The notes under the pieces: generated by a model | Told to the model about the DNA's origin: nothing | The model's input: only the letters and a program-made list of their open reading frames with translations | The model's database searches: none | Made by a program: the position numbers and the translations under genes | Assembly: GCA_039630575.1 (NCBI GenBank) | Contig: JBCNUW010000001.1 | Location: forward strand, 64,659 to 128,658 | From: Candidatus Hydrothermales bacterium | GTDB lineage: Bacteria > Hydrothermota > Hydrothermia > Hydrothermales > JAJRUZ01 | Length of the DNA: 64,000 nucleotides | Direction of reading: 5' to 3' | In this document: positions 20,290 through 30,498 of the stretch, piece by piece | How the letters are laid out: every line of letters begins with the position of its first letter | Numbering within the stretch: position 1 is the stretch's first letter

Positions 20290-22545
20290 TTAACATTTAA
20301 TTTTCATTTGGGCTTCCCTGGCAACCACAGCTGTCATGTTTACAATATCTTGAACATCATCTCCTTTTTGGAGCACGCAGGTTGCCATTTTTGTTCCAAG
20401 TAAGATAGGTCCTATAACTTGTGCATTTCCTAATCTTTGAAGAATTTTATAAGAAATGTTTGCCGAATCAAGATTTGGGAAAATTAAAACATTTGCCTTT
20501 CCTTTTAAAAGGGAGAACGGATAGAATTCTTCAGTAATTTCTGGAACAAGTGCAGTATCTGCTTGCATTTCACCCTCTGCAATTATATGAGGATATTTTT
20601 TCTTAAAAATTTTTACAGCTTCGCTAACTTTTTCAGTTTCCTTTACTCTTACACTTCCAAAGTTTGAGAAAGAAAGGAACGCAACTTTAGGTTCAATCTC
20701 GAGCTCTTTTGCAAAGTTTGCTGTAAGAGCTGCTATTTCAGCTATTGTCTCAGAATCAGGGTCTATATTTACTGTTGCGTCGGCAAAAAAGAACACTTCA
20801 TTTTCAACTATCACTACATATAAACCTGCAACAGTTTTAACATTATCTTCTGTTTTTATAATTTGAAGAATTGGTCTTAATGCATTCGCGTAATCAGTCG
20901 TTAATCCGGCTATAAGACCATGGGCATCTCCCTCATAAACCATCATAGATCCAAAAACAATTGGGTTAGAAAGGGAAAAGTATGCCCATTGTTTTGTAAT
21001 GCCCTTCCTTTCTCTTATTTTAAAAAGTTTTTCAGCGTATTGGTCTCTCTTATTTGACAGTGCTGGGTCAATAATCTCATAGTCAAAATTTAGTTTTAAA
21101 CTTTCAATTTTTTTCTTGATAATTTCTTCTCTACCAAGTAAAATTGGTTTTGCTATTTCATCATTTGAGACTATGTTAGCAGCTCTGATTATTTTTTCAT
21201 GTTCTCCTTCAGCGTAAACAACTTTAATAGGTCTCTTTTTTGCTTCCTGTATTATTATGCTCATCACTCTCCCACCTTTCATTACTTTTTCTTTTAACCT
21301 TTCTCTGTATTCGTCTATATCTATTTTAATTTGAGCAACTTTAGTTTCTATGGCAGCTTTTGCGACTTCAGGTGCTTCCCAATACAAGACTCTTGGGTCA
21401 AGAGGTTTAGGAATTATGTAATCCTTTCCAAATTCAAGTCTTTTAACTCCGTAGGCTTTTGCAACAGAATCAGGTACATCTTCCTTTGCAAGTTCAGCAA
21501 GAGCTTTGGCTGCTGCTAATTTCATCTCATTATTAATTTTCATTGCTCTAACATCTAGAGCACCTCTAAAAATGAAAGGAAAGCCAAGAACATTATTTAT
21601 CTGATTTGGATAATCACTTCTTCCTGTAGCAATTATTCCATCAGGTCTTGCTTCTTTTGCATCTTCATAACTTATCTCTGGAATAGGATTTGCCATCGCA
21701 AATATTATTGGCTTATCAGCCATTTTTTTAACCATCTCTTTTGTAACAACTTTGCCTATAGAAAGTCCAACGAAAACATCTGCTCCTTCTAACGCTTCAG
21801 CCAGTGTTCTTTTATCAGTTTCAATTGCAAATTCCTCCTTGAAAACATTCATTCCATCTTTTCTTCCTTTGTAGATAACACCTTTAGTATCACACATTAT
21901 TATATTCTCCTTCTTTACGCCTAAAAGTAGGTAAAATTTTGCACAGGCTATAGAAGAGGCTCCAGCACCATTAAAAACTACTTTAATTTGGTCAATCTTT
22001 TTACCAACAAGTTCAAGAGCATTCAGAAGAGCCGCTCCGGAAATGATTGCTGTTCCGTGTTGATCGTCATGAAAAACAGGTATATCAAGTTCTGCTTTTA
22101 ATCTCTCCTCAATTTCAAAACATTCAGGAGCCTTTATATCCTCAAGATTTATTCCTCCAAAAGTAGGAGAAATAAGTTTACAAGTCTTTATAAATTCCTC
22201 TATGTCTTCAGTATTAATTTCTATATCAATAGCATCTACATCAGCAAACTTTTTAAATAGTACACATTTTCCTTCCATAACCGGTTTACCCGCAAGAGCT
22301 CCTATATTTCCTAGTCCTAAAACTGCTGTTCCGTTCGATATAACAGCAACTAAGTTTCCTTTAGCTGTGTACTCATAAGCAAGGAGAGGATCTTTTTGGA
22401 TTTCAAGACACGGTTCTGCAACCCCAGGGGTATAAGCAAGAGATAAATCTCTCTGAGTATCACAAGGTTTTGTTAACTTTATTTCAAGTTTACCTTTTTT
22501 GCCTCTTGAATGGTATTCAAGTGCTTCTTCTTTTGTTATTTTCAT
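20290..22545 (-). CDS. maeB: NADP-dependent malic enzyme with PTA-like C-terminal domain
   Basis: [33 protein letters not shown]. Confidence 0.96.
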   Translation of the reverse strand: MKITKEEALEYHSRGKKGKLEIKLTKPCDTQRDLSLAYTPGVAEPCLEIQKDPLLAYEYTAKGNLVAVISNGTAVLGLGNIGALAGKPVMEGKCVLFKKFADVDAIDIEINTEDIEEFIKTCKLISPTFGGINLEDIKAPECFEIEERLKAELDIPVFHDDQHGTAIISGAALLNALELVGKKIDQIKVVFNGAGASSIACAKFYLLLGVKKENIIMCDTKGVIYKGRKDGMNVFKEEFAIETDKRTLAEALEGADVFVGLSIGKVVTKEMVKKMADKPIIFAMANPIPEISYEDAKEARPDGIIATGRSDYPNQINNVLGFPFIFRGALDVRAMKINNEMKLAAAKALAELAKEDVPDSVAKAYGVKRLEFGKDYIIPKPLDPRVLYWEAPEVAKAAIETKVAQIKIDIDEYRERLKEKVMKGGRVMSIIIQEAKKRPIKVVYAEGEHEKIIRAANIVSNDEIAKPILLGREEIIKKKIESLKLNFDYEIIDPALSNKRDQYAEKLFKIRERKGITKQWAYFSLSNPIVFGSMMVYEGDAHGLIAGLTTDYANALRPILQIIKTEDNVKTVAGLYVVIVENEVFFFADATVNIDPDSETIAEIAALTANFAKELEIEPKVAFLSFSNFGSVRVKETEKVSEAVKIFKKKYPHIIAEGEMQADTALVPEITEEFYPFSLLKGKANVLIFPNLDSANISYKILQRLGNAQVIGPILLGTKMATCVLQKGDDVQDIVNMTAVVAREAQMKIKC

Positions 22546-22593
22546 TTTGACTCCTTTTTGAAAATTATACAGGGATTTAAAACCCTAAAGAAT

Positions 22594-22995
22594 TTATTTT
22601 TTCTCTGACTTTTCCTTATTATACAAAAAATCAAGATAGTCTTGCAATATATAGGAGGCTGAAATTGCGTGAATATTTTTTCTATGTTTTTTTGCAAGTT
22701 TTGAGGTCCTCCATTCGTCCCAAAAAACAGTCTTTATTTTATATTCTTTTTCAATCTTTTCACTTATTTTTTTGATCTTAGTTGCTAATTCTAACTTTTT
22801 TCCTGAAATAGAGCGAGGTTCTCCAAAAAGAACCTCTGAGGGCTTATATTTTTCAATCAATTCATCTAGAGCTTTTTTGAAGCTTTTTTTTCTTGTATCA
22901 ATTTCAAAAAGAGGTGAAGAGATTAACCTATTTTCGTCAGATATTGCAAATCCAATATACCTTTCACCAAAATCAATTGCTAAGATTCTTGTTAT
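22594..22995 (-). CDS. ruvX: YqgF/RuvX RNase H-fold nuclease, probable ATA start
   Basis: Extended frame begins ITRILAIDFGERYIGFAISD (family N-terminal motif); WDEWRTS, ILQDYL; GGAG 9 nt before ATA. Confidence 0.85.
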   Translation of the reverse strand: MTRILAIDFGERYIGFAISDENRLISSPLFEIDTRKKSFKKALDELIEKYKPSEVLFGEPRSISGKKLELATKIKKISEKIEKEYKIKTVFWDEWRTSKLAKKHRKNIHAISASYILQDYLDFLYNKEKSEKK

Positions 22996-22998
22996 TTT

Positions 22999-24592
22999 TC
23001 AAAACTCCATTTTTTTAATTTTAATTTTAAGAATTTTAAAAAATATAACTAAAAGAATAAATGAAAAAAATAAGAAAAGCAAAATATAGAAGGTAAATCC
23101 TGTTTCAACACCATAATAAAATTTTTGCATAGGCTGATGAAATAAAATAAACCCTGATAACAGAAGGTAAAGAATTAGTATTGAGGCTGTTAAAAAAGCA
23201 CCCGGTCCAGATGCAACTCTTGCTGGATTTTTCTCATTAAATTGGGGGAATATGTATCCAATTGATAGTGACAAAAATGTCACGATAAATATAATAAACG
23301 GTAGGAGGAAAATGAAAAGTAAGGTCAAATCCTTAAAATATAGAACTTTAAGAGAAAAATGAGTTGAAAAAAATAAAAGATAACCAAGGAAAATGAGGAA
23401 AGTAAAGAAAAGAATTAATTGAAAATAAAAAAAATTAAGTGGATTTTCACCAGCAAGAAAAAAAAGTGAAATTCCTCTTTCCTCAATAGATGGAGCAGGG
23501 TATATAAACCTTACTGATACAGTTATTAAAAGGTATATTACAAAAATAAAGTTAGCATAAATTATCATCACATGCCATATAGGAAAACTTATTCCTATAC
23601 CTTTTCCTCTTACTGATATAACATAAAGAAAAAAGAGTAAAATTAGGAATATAAATTGCGAAATTTGTGAATAGTTTCTATAAAAACTTTTAAATTCCTT
23701 TTGAAGTAGAATAAATTTTGGGTTCCTTCCTCCTTGTGCTTTTTCTTTTATAAAACTCTTATGGTGAACTTTTTCGAAAGGTAAAACTGTAAGAATCATA
23801 AATAGAAAAAGATTAAATGCTAAAAGTAAAAGAAAAACATGCAAAATGTTTCTGTTATCTGTAAACGCAGAGAAAAACCAGTTTGATGGTAAAAAGTATG
23901 GCGACATCGTTCCTGCACGTCTGAGAATTTGAATTGCTTCATCTATACTTTTGGCATCAAAAATTTTAAAAACTTCAGGTTTACCAAATTTTAAATATAA
24001 ATAGATGAATACAAGAAAAATTACCCCAAAAAAAATTGGTAAAAGTTCCCTTTTTAAAATAGGAGAAAACCTAACAAATAGGTAAAAGAGAAATATTCCT
24101 ATAAGCCCTGCAGAAATAATATAAAGAAAAAAATCAAGAAGAATAAAAATTAGATATGTTTTTTTTATCTCAAATATAGCTATATATGAAAAAAGAAAAG
24201 GGATGAGAAAAATTAATGGAACCCAGGAAGAATAAATTATTATTTCAAAAAATTTTATAATAAATATACTTTCTTTTTGAACTGGAAATCTAAATAAAAA
24301 AGAAAACTCCTCATCTTCAAAAAAAATAGAGAAACTGCTCACAATATTAGATAATATCAAAAAAGATACTCATTAGAGTAAAATCAACAAACTTCTGTGA
24401 TACGATAATACCAAGTACTGGTATTTTATTTAAGAAGTAAAAAAATCTGTAAAAAAAGTAATAAATAAGGATAAGTAAAATAGTTGCAAAAATTAATGGT
24501 AATGAAACTCTTTTCCAAAATGAAAAAGATTTTAAAAGATTTAATAAGATCCTTGATTTCAGATAAAAAAGTAAATAAATTTCCCTTATCAA
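22999..24592 (-). pseudogene. Multi-pass membrane protein (putative ABC-type permease) split by a single-base frameshift
   Basis: ORFs 24347-24592 and 22999-24360 overlap at a T6 run (24359-24364); deleting one T gives one ~530-aa hydrophobic protein. Confidence 0.6.
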
Positions 24593-25197
24593 ATGTAACC
24601 CAAATCCTCAAGCCTTTTTTTTATTTCTTCCTCTTCTTCCTCTGTATAGCCCCTTTCTTCCTCAATTTTCTCTATGAATCCATTTTCTTCCAGAAATTTT
24701 AAAATCTTATTTACACTCTCACTGACAGTTTCCTTTTCAGTGTCACATATAACCTCAGGATTTAGAGGTTCTTCATAGGGATCATCGATTCCTGTGAAAT
24801 TCTTTATTATACCTTCTCTTGCTTTTCTATACATACCCTTAACATCTCTCTTTTCACAAGTCTCTAAACTTGCTTTGACATAAACTTCAACAAACTTTGG
24901 TAAAAGCTCTCTTGCTTTTTGTCTTCCCTCTCTGTAGGGAGAGACTAGTGCCACTATTACATTTACTCCATGTTTTGTCAAAAGTTCGGAAAGCACAGAA
25001 ACTCTCCTCATATTTTCGATTCTATCTTCTCTTGTGAAACCAAGATCTTTATTTAAAAAAGTCCTTACAATATCTCCATCAAGGATTTCCACATCTTCGT
25101 TTCTCTCTGAGAGTATTTCTGCTAACTTCTTGGCTATAGTGCTTTTACCAGAGCACGGTAAACCGGTAAGCCAAACACAAAAACCCCTTTTTTTCAA
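24589..25197 (-). CDS. cysC: Adenylyl-sulfate kinase
   Basis: WLTGLPCSGKST, LDGD, LGFTREDR, SPY, RDVKGMY, FTGIDDPYE. Confidence 0.95.
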   Translation of the reverse strand: MKKRGFCVWLTGLPCSGKSTIAKKLAEILSERNEDVEILDGDIVRTFLNKDLGFTREDRIENMRRVSVLSELLTKHGVNVIVALVSPYREGRQKARELLPKFVEVYVKASLETCEKRDVKGMYRKAREGIIKNFTGIDDPYEEPLNPEVICDTEKETVSESVNKILKFLEENGFIEKIEEERGYTEEEEEEIKKRLEDLGYI

Positions 25198-25262
25198 CTT
25201 TATTTGATAAAATTTTTAAGGCTTTGAACCTTTTTAATTCTCTCAGAGCAAAATTTTAACAC

Positions 25263-25292
25263 TTGACAAATTATTATTAATTATATTATATT
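25263..25292 (+). promoter_or_regulatory. Putative sigma70 promoter of the fbp-ptsH-ptsI operon
   Basis: TTGACA-N18-TATATT in the intergenic region. Confidence 0.5.
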
Positions 25293-25377
25293 ATAGTATT
25301 GAAAAAAGAAAAAATCAAATAAAAACATGGATTGAGGGTTCCAGGCCCTTATTATTTTGAAGTTGGAGGTTTTTTGA

Positions 25378-26472
25378 ATGAAGGTTACTGTAAGTGTAAT
25401 CAAGGCTGATGTAGGGGGATATGTTGGTCATTCCAGTATGCATCCTGCTTTGATGGCATTAGCTGAGGATGAGCTTGAAGAGGCTAAAAAGAAAGGGATA
25501 ATTATTGATTATTTCGTTGCTCATGCTGGTGATGATCTTGAGCTTGTTATGACCCACACAAAAGGTATAGACAATTCTGATATTCATGGACTTGCCTTTC
25601 AAATTTTTAAAAAATGTACAAAAAAGGCTGAAGAGCTTGGATTATATGGAGCAGGACAAGATATACTTTCTGATGCCTTCTCAGGAAATATAAAGGGCAT
25701 GGGACCAGGTGTAGCAGAAATGGAATTAGAGGAGAGAAGTTCAGAACCTATAATTATTTTCATGGCTGACAAAACCTCTCCAGGTGCTTGGAACTTACCA
25801 TTATTTAAAATATTTGCTGATCCATTTAACACAGCTGGTCTTGTAATTGATCCTAAATTACATGACGGGTTTGTTTTTGAAGTACTTCATATGAAAGAAG
25901 GTAAGGTTGTTAAATTGAACTGTCCTGAAGAGATGTATTCACTTTTAGCTCTTATTGGTGCTGTTGAAGTCTACGCAATAAAAAATGTATACAGAAAGGA
26001 CGGTATAATCGCTGCAACTGCCTCAACGCAGAGATTATCTCTGATAGCCGGAAGGTATGTAGGTAAGGATGATCCTGTTATGATAGTTAGAGCTCAAAGT
26101 GGTTTTCCTGCTGTTGGTGAGATTCTTGAAGCCTTTTCTCATGCACACCTTGTTGCTGGTTGGATGAGGGGTTCTCATTGGGGTCCACTTATGCCTGTAT
26201 CAATGAAAGATGCTTCCTGTACAAGGTTTGATGGTCCTCCAAGAGTTGTTGCCCTTGGATTCCAGTTAAAGGATGGAAAACTCATCGGACCAAAGGACTT
26301 ATTTGACGATCCTGCTTTTGATTTAACAAGAAAAAAGGCACAGGAAATTACAGATTATATAAGGAGGATGGGACCTTTTGAACCTCAAAGGCTTGGTTTA
26401 GAAGAAATGGAATATACAACTTTACCATCTGTTATAGAGAAATTAAAAGATAGATTTATAGATCTTGATTGA
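25378..26472 (+). CDS. fbp: Bifunctional fructose-1,6-bisphosphate aldolase/phosphatase (class V)
   Basis: KADVG, GDD, YGAGQD, FSGN, ADK, DPFNT, YVGKDDP, GWMRGSH, FDGPP. Confidence 0.96.
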   Translation: MKVTVSVIKADVGGYVGHSSMHPALMALAEDELEEAKKKGIIIDYFVAHAGDDLELVMTHTKGIDNSDIHGLAFQIFKKCTKKAEELGLYGAGQDILSDAFSGNIKGMGPGVAEMELEERSSEPIIIFMADKTSPGAWNLPLFKIFADPFNTAGLVIDPKLHDGFVFEVLHMKEGKVVKLNCPEEMYSLLALIGAVEVYAIKNVYRKDGIIAATASTQRLSLIAGRYVGKDDPVMIVRAQSGFPAVGEILEAFSHAHLVAGWMRGSHWGPLMPVSMKDASCTRFDGPPRVVALGFQLKDGKLIGPKDLFDDPAFDLTRKKAQEITDYIRRMGPFEPQRLGLEEMEYTTLPSVIEKLKDRFIDLD

Positions 26473-26731
26473 GAAGGAAGTAATTGTAAAAAATACACTT
26501 GGTATACATGCAAGACCTGCAACTCAATTTGTTAAAATAGCATCTAAGTATAATTGTGATGTTTATGTAATAAAGGACGGCGTGGAGGTAAATGGAAAAA
26601 GCATAATGAGTTTACTGATTTTAACAGCTACAAAAGGCAGCAAGCTTACTATAAGGTGTTCAGGTGAAGATGAGGAAAAAGCTTTGAAAGAATTAGTTGA
26701 TTTAGTGGAGGAAGGATTCGGTGAGGACTAA
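26465..26731 (+). CDS. ptsH: Phosphocarrier protein HPr
   Basis: GIHARPA (His15) and GKSIM (Ser46). Confidence 0.95.
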   Translation: MIEKEVIVKNTLGIHARPATQFVKIASKYNCDVYVIKDGVEVNGKSIMSLLILTATKGSKLTIRCSGEDEEKALKELVDLVEEGFGED

Positions 26732-28451
26732 AATTAAGACTAAGATTTTTCAAGGAATCCCAGCTTCAAAGGGTGTAGTAATAGGAAAAGTAAAGAAATT
26801 TGATCTTAAAATTTTAAAAATTTCAGATCAAGAGGTCAAAAACAAAAGAGAGGAACTTGAAAAGTTTGAAAGGGCAAAAAGAGAGATAACAAGAGAGTTA
26901 GAGCTTGTATTAGAGCACTTTAGAGGAAGTTATAGAAGAATAATTGAAAGTGAAATACTTATTATTAACGATCCTGTTATAGAAGACTACGTAAAAAATT
27001 ACATCGAAAAAGGTTACAGTGCTCAGATGGCTTTCATTGAATCAATGAAAACCTTTCTTGCAAAGCTTGAACAGAGTGACAGTCTAGTCTTTAAACAACG
27101 AGCAAGAGAGATAAATCACCTTATAAGAAAGGTTTTAGAAGTTATCCACGGTAAACCGAGTTTAATTGATGCAGAGCAAGGAACAGTAATAGTTTCAGAT
27201 GACATATCACCAATAGATGTCTTTTCAATTTCAAGACAAACTGATATAGGAATTGTGATAGAGCATGGTGGTCCCACTTCTCATAGTATCATAGTAGCAA
27301 AAAATTTAAAAATACCAACAGTTTGTGCTGTAAAGGATATAACGGAATTTGCTAAAGATGGAGATGAGATTATTTTAGATGGGTGGTCTGGAAAAGTTAT
27401 TTTAAATCCTGATGAGGAATCAAAAAGAGAATATCAGAGAAAACCGTTACTTTATACTGAAGCATTAGATAAAATTATAAAGGGACCGAAAACAGGAAAA
27501 GGAAAAGAAAGAAAAAGAGTTTCAGTTATGGGGAATGCCGCAAGTTTGGATGAAGTTGAGGAAATTGTAAGAAACAAGGGATTCGGAGTTGGTCTTTTTA
27601 GAACAGAACTTTTAATGTGGGATCCCACAGTGTGGTACAACGAAGATAAACTGGCAGAAATTTTTGAGAGAGGATCAAAAATGGTTTTTCCTGATCCGCT
27701 CATTATAAGATTAATTGATATAGCCGGTGAACCAACAATCCCTGGGTTTGAAGAAAAAAATCCCTTTCTTGGTCTAAGAGGAATAAGATTCCTTTTGTTT
27801 GAGAAAGAAATAATGAAAAAGATGATGCGTTCTATTCTTAAAGCCTCTAATCTTGGAAATATAAGGATTCTTCTACCCCTTGTATCCACATTGAAGGAAG
27901 TTGAAGAAACAAGGAATGTTTTAGAAAAAGCTAAAAAGGAACTTACAAGAGAAGACATACCTTTTGATAATTATATAAACGTTGGAATCATGGTTGAAAC
28001 ACCAGCTTCTGCCCTAATGGTAAAAGAATTTACTCCTATTGTTGACTTTTTCTCAATAGGAACAAACGATTTAACTCAGTATACTTTAGCAGTTGATAGA
28101 ACCCATCCACTACTTGCTCCACTTTATAGTGAGTTTCACCCATCTGTTTTAAATTTAGTAAATCATGTTGTAAAGGGAGCACATCCATATAGAAAAAAAG
28201 TTGCAGTTTGTGGAGAAATGGCTTCTGATCCTCTTGGTGCAATAATACTAATGGGATTGGGTGTTGATGAGCTTTCAGTCCATCCTGATGCAATACCGCT
28301 TCTATACGGTGTATTTCAATGGCTTGAATATAAAAAAGTAAAGGAATTCGCTCGTAAGACATTAGAAATGCCGGACTCAAAAACTGTCAAAGAAAAAACA
28401 ATTGAATTTATAAGGAAAAATATACCTCCTTTAGGAATATTTTACGAGTAA
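26721..28451 (+). CDS. ptsI: PTS enzyme I
   Basis: GGxTSH phospho-His motif, GLFRTE, NPFLGLRG, SIGTNDL, CGE. Confidence 0.94.
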   Translation: MRTKIKTKIFQGIPASKGVVIGKVKKFDLKILKISDQEVKNKREELEKFERAKREITRELELVLEHFRGSYRRIIESEILIINDPVIEDYVKNYIEKGYSAQMAFIESMKTFLAKLEQSDSLVFKQRAREINHLIRKVLEVIHGKPSLIDAEQGTVIVSDDISPIDVFSISRQTDIGIVIEHGGPTSHSIIVAKNLKIPTVCAVKDITEFAKDGDEIILDGWSGKVILNPDEESKREYQRKPLLYTEALDKIIKGPKTGKGKERKRVSVMGNAASLDEVEEIVRNKGFGVGLFRTELLMWDPTVWYNEDKLAEIFERGSKMVFPDPLIIRLIDIAGEPTIPGFEEKNPFLGLRGIRFLLFEKEIMKKMMRSILKASNLGNIRILLPLVSTLKEVEETRNVLEKAKKELTREDIPFDNYINVGIMVETPASALMVKEFTPIVDFFSIGTNDLTQYTLAVDRTHPLLAPLYSEFHPSVLNLVNHVVKGAHPYRKKVAVCGEMASDPLGAIILMGLGVDELSVHPDAIPLLYGVFQWLEYKKVKEFARKTLEMPDSKTVKEKTIEFIRKNIPPLGIFYE

Positions 28452-28470
28452 AAAATTTAAGAGAATCTAT

Positions 28471-29778
28471 TTAAAAAGATAACTTAAAACCTATGTTATT
28501 TATCTCCTTAATAACTAACCTTTCAAAATTAAACTTTTTAATATCTTCTTCTGAGTCAATATAAGATTTAACATCTATTTCAGGGGCATCAAATTCGGTG
28601 TGTCCAAAGATTCTTTTATCTTTTTTATATTCTGGAATAAATGTTACCTTTTTACCTATCAACTTAACAAGTGAGTTATTATTTTTTTCTAATATAAGCC
28701 TTTCCATGATATTAAATCTTTCTTCAGTAATAGTCTTTTTAAGTAATTTATAGTTTTGAAAAGCAAAACTTTCTCTTTCAGGATGAAATTTAAAAAGAGC
28801 CCATCTTTTAAATATCTCATTTTTCTTACAAAACTCGTAAAGTTCTTCAAAATCTTTTTCCTCCTCTTCAGGAAAACCCACAATTATTTCAGTTCTGATT
28901 GTCAAATCTCTTTGATTACTATACTTTTCAATCAATTCAAGGGCTTTAAAAACTGCCTTTTTACCACCTCTTCTTCTCATTTTCTTTAAAACACTCTCTG
29001 AAACATGTTGAATTGGTATATCAAGATAGGGAGCTATTTTTTCATTTTCAACTATTATTTTTAATGTTTCCTCATCTAAGTCAGCAGGATGGAGGTAGAA
29101 AACTCTCAAGATTTTGAGCTTTTTAAATTTTAAAAGCTTTTTTAGAAGATCTTTTAAACTTTTCCTTTTATAAAGATCAATTCCATAAAGACCTGTGGAT
29201 TGAGAGATTAAAATTATCTCGTAGAATTCGGAATCTAAAAGTGATTTTACCTCCTCCATAACCTTTTCCAATGGTTTTGATCGATATTTACCTCTTAAAA
29301 GTGGAATAATGCAAAAAGAACACTTTTCATTGCACCCTTCTGATATTTTTAGGTAAGCATAATTTATGGTCGGAATAATTCTTGGTGTTTTTTCTGTATA
29401 AAGAAATTTTGGTGTATCAAAGCTTGGATTAACCTTTCTATCAATTATTTTATCTATTTTTTTTATATCATCAAAACCAAATAAAAGATCTATTTCTTTA
29501 AATCTTTCTTTTATACTATCTTTAAACCTGTGAACGTAACATCCTCCTACAGCAATATAGTTAATTTTTTTTCTTTTTTTAAGTTCAATAAATTTTCTTA
29601 TAACCTCTTCAGTCTCCTTTACCGCAGGTTCAATAAAGGCACAGGTCATTACGAAAACTGCTTGCGCATCATCTTGTTTAACTAATTCAAAACCACAATT
29701 AAGAAGTTTTCCTGCTAGGTATTCACTGTCTACTTGATTTTTAGGACAGCCCAAGGTAACAATTGATATTTTTTTCAT
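28471..29778 (-). CDS. rimO: Ribosomal protein S12 methylthiotransferase
   Basis: LGCPKNxVDSE, CAFI, radical SAM CxxxCxxC, DAPEID. Confidence 0.93.
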   Translation of the reverse strand: MKKISIVTLGCPKNQVDSEYLAGKLLNCGFELVKQDDAQAVFVMTCAFIEPAVKETEEVIRKFIELKKRKKINYIAVGGCYVHRFKDSIKERFKEIDLLFGFDDIKKIDKIIDRKVNPSFDTPKFLYTEKTPRIIPTINYAYLKISEGCNEKCSFCIIPLLRGKYRSKPLEKVMEEVKSLLDSEFYEIILISQSTGLYGIDLYKRKSLKDLLKKLLKFKKLKILRVFYLHPADLDEETLKIIVENEKIAPYLDIPIQHVSESVLKKMRRRGGKKAVFKALELIEKYSNQRDLTIRTEIIVGFPEEEEKDFEELYEFCKKNEIFKRWALFKFHPERESFAFQNYKLLKKTITEERFNIMERLILEKNNNSLVKLIGKKVTFIPEYKKDKRIFGHTEFDAPEIDVKSYIDSEEDIKKFNFERLVIKEINNIGFKLSF

Positions 29779-29799
29779 TAAGTTATATTATAATATAAT

Positions 29800-30498
29800 T
29801 TGAATAACTTGAGAAATAAAGGACTTATATACGCGGTAGATGATGAATCTGATATTATAGATCTTCTAAGGCACCATCTTGAAAAAGTAGGTTATAGCTT
29901 TGAGGGATTTTATGATGCCTTGAGTTTCTTAAATACTCTTAGGAGAAAAAAACCCGATCTTATAATTCTTGATCTTATGCTTCCAGATTATGATGGTATT
30001 GAATTGTGTAAGGAGTTAAAAAGAGAGAATGATTATAAAGATATTCCAATAATTGTGCTTACAGCAAGATCAAAGATAGAGGAAAAAATTTTAGGTTTGG
30101 AAATAGGAGCGGATGACTATGTTACAAAACCTTTTTCTCCAAGAGAGCTTGTTGCAAGGGTAAATGCTGTTTTGAGGAGATATAAAGAAAAAGAGGAAGA
30201 AAAAGATGTTATTAAGGTAAATGACATTTTAAAAGTTGATATTAAAAAATATGAAGTTTATGTTAATAATAAAAAAGTTTATTTAAGACCAGCAGAATTC
30301 AAATTATTAAAACTTCTTGTTGAAAAAAAAGGTATCTTATTTACTCGGAGACAGATTCTTGAATACATATCAAAGGGAAAAAAGATTGTTTATGAAAGGA
30401 CTGTTGATGTTCATGTAAGAAACTTAAGGAAAAAACTTGGTGTAGCGGCAAAATTTATAAAAAACATAAAGGGTTTGGGGTATAAGTTTGAAACATGA
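29800..30498 (+). CDS. phoB: PhoB/PhoP-type response regulator (OmpR family)
   Basis: REC domain (DD, LDLMLP, GADDYVTKPF) plus wHTH (RTVDVHV); next to the pst genes. Confidence 0.85.
   Translation: MNNLRNKGLIYAVDDESDIIDLLRHHLEKVGYSFEGFYDALSFLNTLRRKKPDLIILDLMLPDYDGIELCKELKRENDYKDIPIIVLTARSKIEEKILGLEIGADDYVTKPFSPRELVARVNAVLRRYKEKEEEKDVIKVNDILKVDIKKYEVYVNNKKVYLRPAEFKLLKLLVEKKGILFTRRQILEYISKGKKIVYERTVDVHVRNLRKKLGVAAKFIKNIKGLGYKFET

Noticed and set aside
22996..23001. TGA recoding (Sec or alternative genetic code) joining the permease to ruvX
   Set aside because: TGA ends several clear genes here (cysC, ccmF, coaBC); an SD-led ATA start is the simpler explanation
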